From Sphagnum compactum (taxonomy: Eukaryota): 64,000 bases of DNA. How positions within the stretch are numbered: position 1 is the first letter of the stretch; every line of letters begins with the position of its first letter. The notes under the pieces are model-generated. The model was not told where the DNA came from and did not search any database. It saw only the letters and a program-made list of their open reading frames with translations. The stretch covers positions 22,992,213-23,056,212 of the forward strand of contig OZ234493.1 of NCBI GenBank assembly GCA_965153455.1. Reading direction: 5' to 3'. The translations under genes and the position numbers were made by a program. Below are positions 1 to 12,639 of this stretch, piece after piece.

Positions 1-316
1 TAATTTCAATTCAGATCTCAGTCCTGCTGTCCAACATTATAATCTCATACAAACAGCATCAGAATATCAGTATTTCAATGTTCAGGATTAGGCATAAGCA
101 CTAATAAGGATGAAAACAAATTGGATGTCACAAATGAAACCAAACTTGCAAAAAGCACTATGCACTCACTATCTGGAGAATACAGAAGCTAAGAGAATGA
201 TAAATGCAACAATGAACATTATGGTAAGTCAACTCATCTGCCATACTGTTGTAACAGCAGTAAGACCAGTTATGCTTAAGATTCAAAGGAGATTTACTGA
301 GGAAGAGAAAACATAC

Positions 317-2526
317 CCATCCGAGGACATACTCAGCAGCAACAATTGCCAGGCCAAATGACTGTATTGAGCGATTGAGAGTGGATATGAACACTATCCC
401 ATTCTTCTTTGTTAGTGCTGCAAGAGACTTGCAAAACTCCATTGGATCTGCAACATGTTCTATCACCTAGAATGCCCCATCCCATGACCTTGCCTTGAGC
501 TTCTCAGCCATCATGTAACAACTTCACCAAGCCTCTATTTACCTGCAGTCAGGAAGACTCCACTCTTTTGAGATGGTCCCTAACATGCTTTGCTGTTTAT
601 GAGCAAGAGCAGTCTATGCTTTTGCTCATGGCAACAAAGCATGTTAAGCACAACCTCAAAAGTACAATCCTACTGAAAGACACTTAACTGTGCTGTGCTC
701 AAGGCAGTGTGCAAGTTCTCTGCAGTGTCATTTAGCATACCAAGGCAAAGCAAGATTTTGAGATCACATGCCATTGGAGAAGGGCACAGGAGGCAAACCT
801 CAAGAGCAATAACAACATCAAATTTCTCCTGCTCATGCACCATCTGCTCTGCAAGCAACAGCTCTCCTCGTTACAGGGGTTCAGACATTTACACAACATG
901 CAGCTGCACCCCAACTCCATCAATTTCTCAGATGTCCATCCTTCTCTCACTCCAGATCTACCAGCTCCAAATACACAAGAGGACAAGAAAGGATGTATGA
1001 AAGCCCTTGGGAGGAGAAAAGCAGAGAGTAAAACATACCAGCTGTGGTACACAGATACTTGATTGAAGCTGTTGCTGGATCCCGTGCCTGTGTCCACACC
1101 AAAACAAACCCAATGAATCAGGAAGTTACCATAAGTACATGCACGCTACAATATCATGATTCTTTGCTGACGGGAGATAGAAATTTCCCCAATAACTGCC
1201 AAAGCACACCACATAAGAAAGTTTGAAATGAGCACTGGGGAAGAGAGATAGACAGAGAGAAAGACCGCATGCAAGGATGCCACACCAAGGTTCTTCTCAA
1301 CAGCATCAATGCCTGTTATTAGCCCTCCCATTCTTGCAAGTGGCTGCGCAAACCAATTTCAACATCTACACAATCAATGAACAAAAATTGTGTAACAGGA
1401 TTTAAAAGCCAACATGAGTTAAGTCAATGTTTCATATCTCATTTCAATCCATCTGATAGTAGGAAAAAAAATTCAAAAAATACTAAAGCAGTCTGTAATG
1501 GAAAACATTCCCAGAAGTATGTCAGTACTACATCTCTAGGAAAAGCTCAAAGCCTCAACACAGGAATTGTGAGACCAATACTTACTTCACAGAGAAGTCC
1601 ACCCCCACAACCCACATCAACAATCTGCAGGCCCTCCAATGGCCGTGCAGAATTTGCATCCTTTCTGCAGATGAATATTTGCAAAGGAGAATCATTAGAA
1701 AACCAAATGCTCCAAAACCACGTACACACAAATAATCTGATTGTCCCCACATCTAGATGAAGTACTTGCACTGCTACAGAGTTCTTCAGAAAAAGAATAG
1801 CTGGTAATTATGCAAATGAACTGTACATTCACAAATGAGGCAATTGTTTCCAAACCTGAAATGGCGGCAGATAGTGGAGCGGATGAAGGAAATTCGGATC
1901 TGGTTCATGATATGCAGTGGCTTAAAAGGTCCTTGGTAATCCCACCTGCCAAGAGGCACACAACAATATTCAGCATTACACCTCCCCATTCAAGAAGCCA
2001 TCTCTTTTCTTCCGAGGAAGTCAAAAGAAATTGGAGAGAAATTGAGAGAGAGAGAGAGAGTGCCTGCATACCAAGTGGCTGCAATTGCAGCAAACTTCGC
2101 TGTCTCTGCCGCATCCACAGAACTCCTGTGAGAGCCTTCTATTGGTGCTGACGTAGATGCAGGCTCCACAGGAACCTGCTCTGACCTTTCTGGAAGTGCT
2201 AGAGGCTGTGCATGATGATGATGATGATGATGAAGAGGAGGAGAAGAAGGCTCGAGAGAAATTGCTCCGAATGACTTGCCACTTGACAACTGCACCGACC
2301 TGAATCTTTCATCATCTACTCTCACTAACATCAAGTTAGGGTTAGGGTTGGAAGCAACAACATACTGAGAATCCCAAACAGTAGTTGATACTTTGTTTCT
2401 GGTGAAAAATCTTGTATGCTGCTGCAACAGCAACAACAACCCGGGAGCACAAAATTCCTCCAGCCTGTCATTAACGATCTGTCGGGAACTGGCAACAATT
2501 CTCATGGCAACATGTCGCAAACCCAT
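317..2526 (-). CDS. COQ3: Ubiquinone biosynthesis O-methyltransferase (COQ3/UbiG), 3'-partial, continues beyond window start
   Basis: Hand-spliced GT-AG exons: 2526-2072, 1945-1856, 1664-1586, 1343-1266, 1087-1039, 848-799, 466-317. Protein has [26 protein letters not shown] motif [32 protein letters not shown] and STLNRS. Long presequence-like N-terminus with poly-His. Start ATG 2526 (or 2505) inferred; possible 5'UTR intron 2545-2806. Confidence 0.93.
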
Positions 2527-2859
2527 CACACACACAAAACAAATCTGGCAAGAATGTCTTTCGAGGGCAGAATGAAAAATCAAACCTCCGCGAGATCATG
2601 CAAAATGGTGTCTATCTTCTCCAACAAAATGAAAAATGTGATGAAACTAAAAATGGAAGATCCAATCATCAGACTGAAAAAATGCAGCTAAGAAATCGCT
2701 CAAATCACATTGAAATGCACAGCAAAAGCTTCAAACAGCAGCCAAAATTATTCCCAAAATTAAAAACAACAACAACAACAACATTTTCATGCAAATGCAA
2801 TTTGACCTAATTCCAGCTTCTGACGAAGAAGGTCCAGTGCCAGCAAGAGCAAGATGATG

Positions 2860-3023
2860 ATTATTCAGAACTGGATGGTCGTATGGGATTTTACCTTTTG
2901 ATGGCAGCGGAGCCTTCCACGTTCAATCTTACGGCTTAGATGTGCCTCGAAGATGGACCGTGCGATGCGAGAGATCGATGGCGTAGGAAGGTAGACGGAT
3001 TAGGGTTAGGTCTCCGGCACAAG
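2860..3023. promoter_or_regulatory. Putative short bidirectional promoter shared by COQ3 and RPL39
   Basis: Divergent genes whose inferred first non-coding exons flank this GC-richer patch; telo-box-like TAGGGTTAGG at 3001-3010. Transcription starts are not directly visible. Confidence 0.5.
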
Positions 3024-3151
3024 GTAAGCCGCGGGTTCTCTCCTTCGTTTCTCCTCCTTTCCATCTGCATCCTGTCGCGTACGTGTTTCGTGTTTTGCAG
3101 CGGCGTCTTCTCTCCCCTCGTTACTTGTGTGGGCGTTGGCTTGTCGGCACC

Positions 3152-3867
3152 ATGGTACTCTCCCGACCCTCCTATCAACTAGATTCTACTAGATTTCTCC
3201 CTTACTGATGCAATTTTTGTGAATTTAAGGCCTTCTTTTGCTCATGAGTTAAGTTTTAAGATGTTGAGGCCTGTCTTTACTCATGAGTTAAGTTTAAGAT
3301 GTTCAGGCCTGTCTTTTCTCATGAGTTAAGTTTAAGATGTTCAGGCCTGTCTTGGCTCATGAATTAGGGTTAAGAGGTTTGTGCTTTTATCCTTTGCAAG
3401 TTTGGGACCTACGGCACTATCCGTTTTCTCAGCAGTTTTAGTTTGAAGCTGGTGGGAGGGTTTCGTGTTTGGGAGTATGTGTTTTTGTTCCTCCTCCTCG
3501 AGTCTCTCGTCAAGAGTGTTTTGCTTTGCTATTTTTATTATGATCTTTAATGTGTTTGACGATCCCTTCATACGGCTAGCTAGGAAAGAAAGGAAGAAAG
3601 ACGATTTTAGGATACTTGGGGATTTATCTCACGCGTTGATATGAGTTTACACTGTTGTATCATCTGTACTTAGAAGTATGATGTGATTTGTATTACATCT
3701 GTGGTCTATTTTTCATTGTAGCCTTCCCAGAAAACATTCAGGATTAAGAAGAAGTTGGCAAAGAAGCAGAAGCAGAATCGCCCCATTCCGCACTGGATCA
3801 GGATGCGAACTGATAATACCATCAGGTATTTCTCCAGCTTTGTAAAACTCTCTTTGCGTTTTCCTGG

Positions 3868-3901
<34 letters not shown>

Positions 3902-4167
3902 CTTCAATTCTATTCTCTTTTAGTCACAAATTGAACTAGTTCCAAGAACTTAAATGTTTAGAGTGATTTTGACATATCAGCACATGCCTCAAGGGGAATA
4001 TCAGGGTGCCTTTCTTTTCCTATAAGTCAGAAATTAGGGCATGCACTTTTGCATTCATTGAAGTCTTTCCTTGATCTCATCAATCCTCAGGGGTACCATT
4101 TTTATCTCTCACTGGCAGGTACAATGCGAAACGTAGGCATTGGCGCAGAACAAAGCTTGGACTCTAG
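3152..4167 (+). CDS. RPL39: 60S ribosomal protein L39 (eL39), 51 aa
   Basis: Exons 3152-3154 (ATG only, donor gtactc), 3722-3825 and 4119-4167 splice to [51 protein letters not shown], a canonical eL39. Probable 5'UTR intron 3024-3100 (aag|gtaagc ... ttttgcag). Confidence 0.96.
3228..3377. repeat. 38-bp minisatellite, about 4 copies, in an RPL39 intron
   Basis: Unit aggcctgtcttt(a/t)ctcatgagttaagtttaagatgttc starts at 3228, 3267, 3305 and 3343. Confidence 0.9.
3869..3899. repeat. (CA)n microsatellite in RPL39 intron
   Basis: Perfect CA run. Confidence 0.95.
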
Positions 4168-7100
4168 GATTGATGAGTGGAGGAGGAATGAGAATGTGAA
4201 TTCAACATTCAGCTGCAATGTGGTGCCCATTGCAGCTTGTCTTTAGACCAGTACTGGAGTAACAGACTTCCATCTTTCCAATCTTCATGTACTTGCCAGA
4301 TTGCCTTTGATGCTCACTGGTACATTGCAGCAATGACTAATGTAAAGATGGTTCTCTGAACTGCCTCACAGTTTTGTTGATTGCTATTGGCCCTGATTGC
4401 TATTTTACCTTACATTGGCAAGTTCTTGTCGCCTGTATCTCAAGTGTTGTATGTGCATGTCTCACTAGTGAGGAAGTTGCAAGTGATTGTAGACCTTTCT
4501 TGGTTGTCTTGCTATTCTTCCTTACCTGTTTCTTGTTCTGTCTCATGACCATGTTGTGTTAGAACTCTGGCAGCTGCAACATGGGTCAAGAATTTGTTTT
4601 AGAGAACAGATGTTTTTGGAGGGTAAACAAAGAAGAGTAATGCTTTAAAGGTGCCAGCTGAACTTTCTGTCCCCCATCCGTGTTGCATCAGATATTCTCA
4701 AACTTGAATAGCTCAGTGTAGGGCATGAAACTGTGTATACCAGTCTGTGGAGGATGCAGATTTTGTCAAATGGTTTGGCTCAAATTTGAGTGTATTGTTA
4801 TGTACTTATCTATGCCCATGGTCAGGAGCTGATGTCCTCGGGTTATAACTTCACCAGGTTATGACTGCACTCATTGTCATCAACAATTTCCACAATTCTT
4901 ATAAGTGAGGTGTGCTTTCTGATGCTATCTACTTTTGGAGTTAGGTTGCTTGGACCTAAAGGTATGTGTGGGGTGTCAAGAAGCCCTTATGTATGGAAAA
5001 ACACAGCATGTGTATATCCTTCAAACCATTATGATATCATTGAATAGTAAGCTCCCTCCCATCTTTTGATTATTGGTTGCTAACAGGGTATGCTCAGATG
5101 TAATTGTTATTAAAATTGTCAAGGTAGAAGGATCTAAAATAGTCAAAATAAGCAAAGTGAGTAAATTAGATTTCAATTTTTATCTACACAATTTTTTCTT
5201 AAATACACAACAATTTGGAATTCAACCCAAGTTGAATTTGAGTATTTTCCTTTTTAAATTGTGGGTGTAATACCTCAAATCTTTGAAGGAGGGCTTTTAA
5301 TATTGTCAACCACATCAGTGAAGAGTGCTTGGTAAACGCATATTGTCAAAAATTTTGTCACTCACAAACCAAGTGTGTCATTTGCAACAAGTTTGTCCCC
5401 ACTACAACCATTATATCAACTGCATGATGCATAATTGTTAAGTGGTTGCATGTTCTACATATTGGGAGTTGTGTTTTGTTGCAAGCAATTGGCAAATTGT
5501 GTTGTGGTGTAAATGTTGATGCAACCATGGTGCTTGGAGCGCATCTGTTTTCCAACATGTCCACTTCAAGCATTGAAGTGTACTAAATCCTGAATACCAA
5601 AGTCATTGCACCTCTGCCCCATGATTTGGTGTGGCAAGCATTATGCAAGTTGAAGTTGCATTTCTCTTACTTCAAGTGGGGTTTTTAATATTGTTTTTTC
5701 CACATGTATAGTGTAGGTGATTTAAGCACATGCATGGACGCAAATATTGTCACTCCCTCAAAAATCCTCAATCCTCAATTCATGTGAACCTTCATTACAA
5801 CTGGTTCATGTATAACTTCATCACCTAGTCACAAGCTCTAGAGAAAAACCCTTGATTTGTTACATTTTAACCTATTACAAAATCTCTAGAGAAAAATGTA
5901 TGCAAGCTTTTGTTGTTCTTCCTCTCCTCTTAGTCTATCGTATGTATATGTGATATCATGTGATTTGTATTAATTAGTTTGAGGGGACAACTTTGACATT
6001 TTTTTTTCTTTTGGTGATAGGCGTTTCTGATTGGTCATTATCCAAAACAAAAATAATCTACATTTGAGACACTAACACACTTTTAACATAAAAATTATCC
6101 GCATATTTTAATACTTGGAACTAATGTAAGTGAAAAAATTTAAACTTTTTGTAAATCTCCATGCAAAAAACAAGTAATAAGATGACAAAGAAGAACAAAA
6201 TGACATGATAGGAAAGCAATGAATTTATGAAAAAACTTGATAAATTAGAAAGCAAAAAAAGAACCTTTAGTAATATTACCTAAACGTTAGGTAAAGGTTA
6301 TGTATATTTCTTCATGACCTAATTCAAAGAGGCGTTTGTGTAAAAGATTTCATTTGTAAACTATTCAAAGAACCTTTTTGAGCACCTTTCTTTAACTACA
6401 TGTTATGGATGAAAAGTTTTAATGTTTAAAATATTAAAATATTAATTTATGTGTAATGATCTATGTTGAGGTAGATTATATCATATCATTCATGATACCA
6501 TTAATATTGTAAGGCCTTAAAACAAATAGCTTTTTAAAACCTCCTAAGTTTATCATAAACATTATTAAAACGATTTACAACTTTTTCATCCTTTTTGTCA
6601 TGAACACAAAAACTACAAAAATTTTAAAATATTTTTAATATGCACAAGGGCTAATACAAAGTACAATAAATCAAGCCTAAACCTCAATATAATTTTACAC
6701 AAGAGATAACCTTGGGCAATGATAAAAAAATATGTCAAAAAAATATCAAAATGAAATCTTATTTCAATAAGATGAAAAAATATTAACATTAATTAAAATG
6801 AAGAAGGTTATGGTACAAGGTTGTACTTTAAGACTTCAAGGGATTGTCTTTACTCACTTGTTTGAAAAGGTAGGTTCAAAACATCTCTAAAGGAACTACC
6901 ATATAGTTTGCCATCCATTTTTTAAAAAACACCTTCTTTAATAAATTTTATGGATGACAAATGATAATGGTGGATGAAGTGGGCAATGCTAGATGAATTT
7001 CATGTGAATGTTCATCAAGTTCATCCATGATCTATGAACTAAATTATATGAATTTTTTATTATTATTAATTATTTAAATCTTAATGTATGTTTATTTACA

Positions 7101-10100
7101 TTAGGTCAATCATTAGATGTCCTTTGTTTGGCACTTTGTGCATATGTGACGTTAAACAACGTGTGAATCTCATAATTTTTAAAAATAAAATTGATGATGT
7201 TCCCAAAAAAGTGGTAATTATGTTAATTGTAGATTAGGCCTTATATTCTGGAAATTAATTAGGGCTTTAATTAGGGTTTAGGACAAGTTCTTTGACTTTG
7301 ATGATGATTTTTTAGAATTGAAACTAGTGGATTTTACAAATTTGAATTCTTAAAAACCCAAAATTGACAATTATTAACACAATCAAATACCCAACCAACA
7401 TTACCCCAATCCTTAATTCCAACAAGTAGGGTTTAGGGCTTTAATGAAGGTTTAAGGCTTAATAGCATTGTTTATTCCATTGTGTCTTTTTATTGTCCAT
7501 TTGTGAAGGACTTTCGCAAGGTATATGAACTACAATGCTCTTGGGAAAAATTCTCCCCTAATCACATAAGATCATAAACAGAATCCTTCCATATTGCACC
7601 GTTGTGGCATTGAATCCTTCCTCTTTCTCATATGTTTCTATCTTACATCTCTCTAAAGTCTATAGGTAATTCACCTTTTTTTGTTTCTTGTATCTTTGCT
7701 AAGAATCCAACTCTTCATTGCAATAAATCGTTTTCTATTTTGAAAATTATTGCTACTACATATGACCCCTACCATGAAAATATATATGGTTTGCACAAGT
7801 TGACTTCATTATTCTATTTGTTGTGGATGTTTGCCTCCTTGCTTCATTGTTGAACTTTTCAAATTCATGCTTAAAAGGTTGTTATATTCTAGATTCTAGA
7901 TTTCGATACATATATGTAAGCTAATTTTATGATTCATATTTGATCTTGAAATAGTTGAACATGCTGATTTTTTCTTTTGTTTAGGTTGAAATTTGGTGAA
8001 AGAAATGGTAATGTGTGTGGTCATCTTTCAAGGGATTATGGTACTTTTGTTAACTAAAGATGGTACCAAACACATTGTGTCATCATTTGCTCATTCTCAT
8101 ATTAGAACTTCAAAAGAAAAACAAGTTTAATGTATTATTGGATTTGTCAGCAATGATTTTCATGACTTTTATAGTTGGACATCACATTCAATTTAACATG
8201 GAGATATTTTGTCTACTATAGTTATCAAGTGTTGTAACACATGAGCAAATTATGTAGAAAGAAAATTTTAACAATGGCAAAAATGTGGATCCATGTCGAA
8301 ACCCTTACAATTGATGTAGGTTACAATGGAAAAATCAAAACATTCCAACAATATAGCACTTGTATTGATTACTTGTATGTTTTCTTGGATTGGTTCCTTT
8401 GAATCTCTTTAACCTTAAAGTTGAGCTCTTCAATAACCAAGTGTTTTTCCATGAATTAAACTTGCAAGCCTCACAATGCTTGCAAAGCTCACATATCTTT
8501 GATAACAAATTTTAATTGTTGGTCATGTAGAATAGTCAAGGCTTGTAAATTTCTTCCATTTTATTTTTGGAACAAAAATTATTGAACCCAAAACTTAAGT
8601 ATTCATCCAAAAACAACTTTAACCATAAGCTATAATCCTAAGAATTGGGATCATAAGCCCCCAAAAAAATTCTATGCTGCCATTTTAAAGTATCTTTCAA
8701 TGACTTCAACATAGGTTGTTATCTCTTGCCATATATTGAATGAAAATCATTGTGATATGGTTAGGGGCTAGAATTGAAATGGCTAATTTGATAGTTTTTT
8801 CTAAAATACATATTATTTTGTACAAGCTAAATTTGTTCATGTAGTTCATACACATTTTAATAGTCAATTAACTAGTAGATTGTAGTTGAAATGTAATTTC
8901 TCTTTTCACAAAAGTGGCTTGGCCCTTTTGAAAACATCATGTTCTGCAAACCAAATATTTGGGCATGATTTAAGATGATTAATTACACGTGTTAATCTTT
9001 GACAATAGTGATATCAAAATGAGTTATAGGCCTTGTTAAGAGGCATGACAAGTTAACACAATGTTGAGCATGGATCTAGATATATAAACAAAGGATAATG
9101 TGATGGTAGTTGTGGCTTTTAATCAAGTTGTTCAACTTATGGGCTATCCTACCAAGGAGTTTTTTACTTCTTGGCATGTCATGATTTTGCTAGTAATAAA
9201 AATGAAATGAGGTGATTGATTATGTTGTCATTTTGTAGGATTTCAATACTCTAGTATGAGCTATCTTCTGAAGTTATGTCGTAATGGTGTAGTTGAATCA
9301 ACTAGCAAGTTGTTGGAAGGTGAGATATGTGCTATGGTTTTGTGACCTCCAAAGGGGGTTTACGCTCAATATTTGTGTGTTGTTTCTATAACCTCCCTCT
9401 CTTGTTCATTTAAACCTATCATAGCTATCCTTCACAAACTTTACACATATGGTATGTCCATCTTCAACCCATGAAGTCCACCTTGAAGTCTTCACAACAT
9501 ATATTAACATTTTCTTTGGGAATGGTTGTGCAAAGGTAATGAACATTTGTGGGATAATGTATGATCAACATGTAAGATCCCCTATACCATCAACTTTCAA
9601 TCCATGGATTTTGAACTTAGCTAGGAGGTTTTTTCATAATTGGAAGGTCATCCTTGAATGGGACATTTCTTAATGCTTCATAAGTCTAAATGACATTCAA
9701 GGTTCAACTTTTTAGACCAAATGGAACCACGGTGAACATAATCATAGCTAAAATTAACATTAGTCTTCATAGTGACCTATCATAATGCAATGGCCAAAAG
9801 GGTGAAGATTTAAAATCAACAATCGACTTTTGGAATTGATATTTTGTGTTTAACATTGATGGAATCCCTTCCTTGAGTCATAAAATTTTTTTGTGTTTTG
9901 ATAGGAAATGAAGGGTTGATTATTGGACGAACCCGTGAATTGGATTGTTGAAGGCATTCATTGTAAAAGATTTATAAGCATTCATTTAAAAGATTTATAG
10001 TGTAAGGATTTAGAATTTTATAGGACTACTTAAGGAATTTTTGGGAGATGGGGTTTTATTAGGGTTTTGAAACTCCCAAGTAGTTCCTAAAGGCTAGCTC

Positions 10101-11459
10101 TTCTTGTCAACCAAACATGAAAAGGAAGTTCAGTGATTATTTTCATGCCCATTTTGACAATCACATTACATCCATTCAATGCAACTTTACAAAAATGTCA
10201 AATTGGATGGTAAGCCATTGCATTTAGCAAGTTAGTGTTACATCCACCATTCATATTCCATTAACCCAAGGTTCATCTAGAGCCACCCAACCTTTTTTGC
10301 TCCAATTTATTAGCAAAAGTATATTTAATTTTGAATTTTTAAAATTTTCCCTAAACAATTTCACAAACATGTAGGTGGGATTTGTATTAGTTTTTTGAAA
10401 ATTCAAATTTTTATTATAATTTGCATCACAATCCATGTGGTCAATCATCTTCATGCAAAAGTTGATTAGAGGTGATCTAATGTGTGGCTAGATAGACATA
10501 TGTGATTGTGCAAAAATAAAATAACTATGTTCAACAAGAACTAATTGTGGTTAGAATTTACTTTTTGGGTATTTTTTACATATTGTTGTCAAAAGGGTTT
10601 TCAATGCTTTTATATTGTTATTTGTGATCATCATTGGTGTGACAATTGTGACATGAGTTTCGAAGTACGATTATCATATTCACTATTTGCAACTCCAAAT
10701 CCCACCTACTAAATCTACAAATTCACACACACATGATTTGGTTTATTGGGTATTTTTTTCAATAACATGATTTGATTTGTTGAATATTTTATTCTATAAT
10801 TGATTTAGATCAATGTTGTGCATGTATATGGTTTAGGACTTACACTTCATGTTTAAATGGCTTAGGGAAATTTATTTATATGCTAGGTAGTGTAAGTGTA
10901 CATGGTTAACTACAACCATGTAAGTGTAAAATTGTGTAAGTAATTTTAGGTCATGTAAAAATATTGCAAGTGTGTAAAAACCATGTAAAAGGGAAAAAAC
11001 CAAAAAAATGAGATAAAGGACATGCCATAACATGCAAATTTTGATTTCATTCCCATGAAAGGTTAAAAATATGCATTTACAACAATGTGATCATTGAATC
11101 GAAACATTTATAAAGTGGCGATAAAGGCATAGGGATTAAATCAAAATTTTAAAAAAATCATGTGCATCATGAACAAAATACTACCAAAATCATGGATACA
11201 AGTCCCAATTTTGCACGCAATCCTCTACATGGTTCTCAACCTCATAAAAAAACTAAGCATTCGTCACATTCAATATGTCTTTCTTATCTTCACCAAACTA
11301 ATCCACATTTTTAAGTCCTCCATTATCTTTAACACTAATAATGGGATCATCATTCCAATTTTTAATGAGAACTAAAAAATCCAAGTTCTTTGAACCAAGT
11401 TGACATTACAAAGGCTTGTGAGAATCCCTATAATAATAATAAAAATCTTTGTCTCAATT

Positions 11460-12418
11460 CTGAGTTGGAGATTGTTAGCATACTTTTGTATGCTGATGAT
11501 ATGGCCATTCTGGCTGATGATGAAGGGGAACTGGAGCACTGCATCTAGGTTCTTGAGGCGGTTACGTAGAGGTGGGGGTTGAAGATCAATGTAAAGAAAA
11601 CAAAACTTTGAAAGGGAGTTTGGAGGGTGGCAGATGGGGGGGCATTACCTAGAAATGTCACGACACCCACCCCCATTATTATTTGGGGGGAGGCAATTGG
11701 GGAAGTCCAGGATTTTAAATATTTGGGGAGGACATTTGCAGCTTCCGAAGATCTAGAAAAGGAGCTGAGCCGTTGTTGGGCGCTGGTGATTGGCAAATTT
11801 GCTCAACTCTAGCCCATCTGGTCCAACAACCAAATTTCGCTATGGACCAAGATGGTTTTTTACAGGGCCTGCATATCGTCAACCCTATTCTATGGGTGCG
11901 ATTTGTGGGCGCTCTCATAGGCCCAAGCAAGAAAGCTCAATGCCATCCACAGGGGTTTTCTGCGCAAGCTATCGGGGGTGAAATGGTGGCAGAAACTAAG
12001 CAATGTAGAAGTCACAGCCAGATGCGACATTAACAGATCTTCACGATGCTGAGCAAGACACACATGCAGTGGGCGGGGCACATGGTTAGGATGGGGAACA
12101 TTAGGCTCCCCAGGAAAATACTTTTTGGGGGATTGGCGAGGGCGGGGGTGAGGGGGCGGGGGAGGGCGAAACAGAGGGTGGCCACACTTTACAAGCAAGA
12201 TATTTGCGAGATGGCTGCTGCCGGACTAGTTTTAGTCTCAAGGCGCAAAACTCATTCAGCAGGCCCATCATGGTGGATCCTAGCCCAAGACAAAACCTTG
12301 TGGGGGGTGTGCATTGATAAACACTAGCCATGAAGGCCACCTGCACCAACGCTACCTTTGTAGCTGCTGAAATTGGCAAAGATAGGCCCTACCCATTTTA
12401 TGTGTAATTGTGTGTGTG
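11460..12418 (+). mobile_element. 5'-truncated RTE-clade non-LTR retrotransposon (RT C-terminal part), pseudogenised
   Basis: LLYADDMAIL at ~11483, then WGLKINVKKTK, FKYLG, TLFYGCDLW and QWAGHMVRMGNIRLPRKILFG; in-frame TAG stops; GC well above flanks; (GT)n tail; candidate TSD tgtctcaatt (11450-11459) / tgtttcaatt (12419-12428). Confidence 0.88.
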
Positions 12419-12639
12419 TGTTTCAATTTGACTACTAGATTTGCTTTTAAAGGTTTTATTTGAATAAAAAATTGCCCTTCATGCTTTGACCACCAAAGAA
12501 AAGGGTCTTTTAGATCTTCCAATGACACATCAAATGTGTGAAAACATGAAAATTCATGTCAAACATGCGCTTGCATACATAATTCCCAAATTATAAGTTA
12601 ACTTGAAGTGTGCAAATAAGAAAACAATTTGATTTCAAA

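Noticed and set aside
4125..4246. Small [13 protein letters not shown]...
   Set aside because: Out-of-frame reading of the last RPL39 exon and its 3'UTR.
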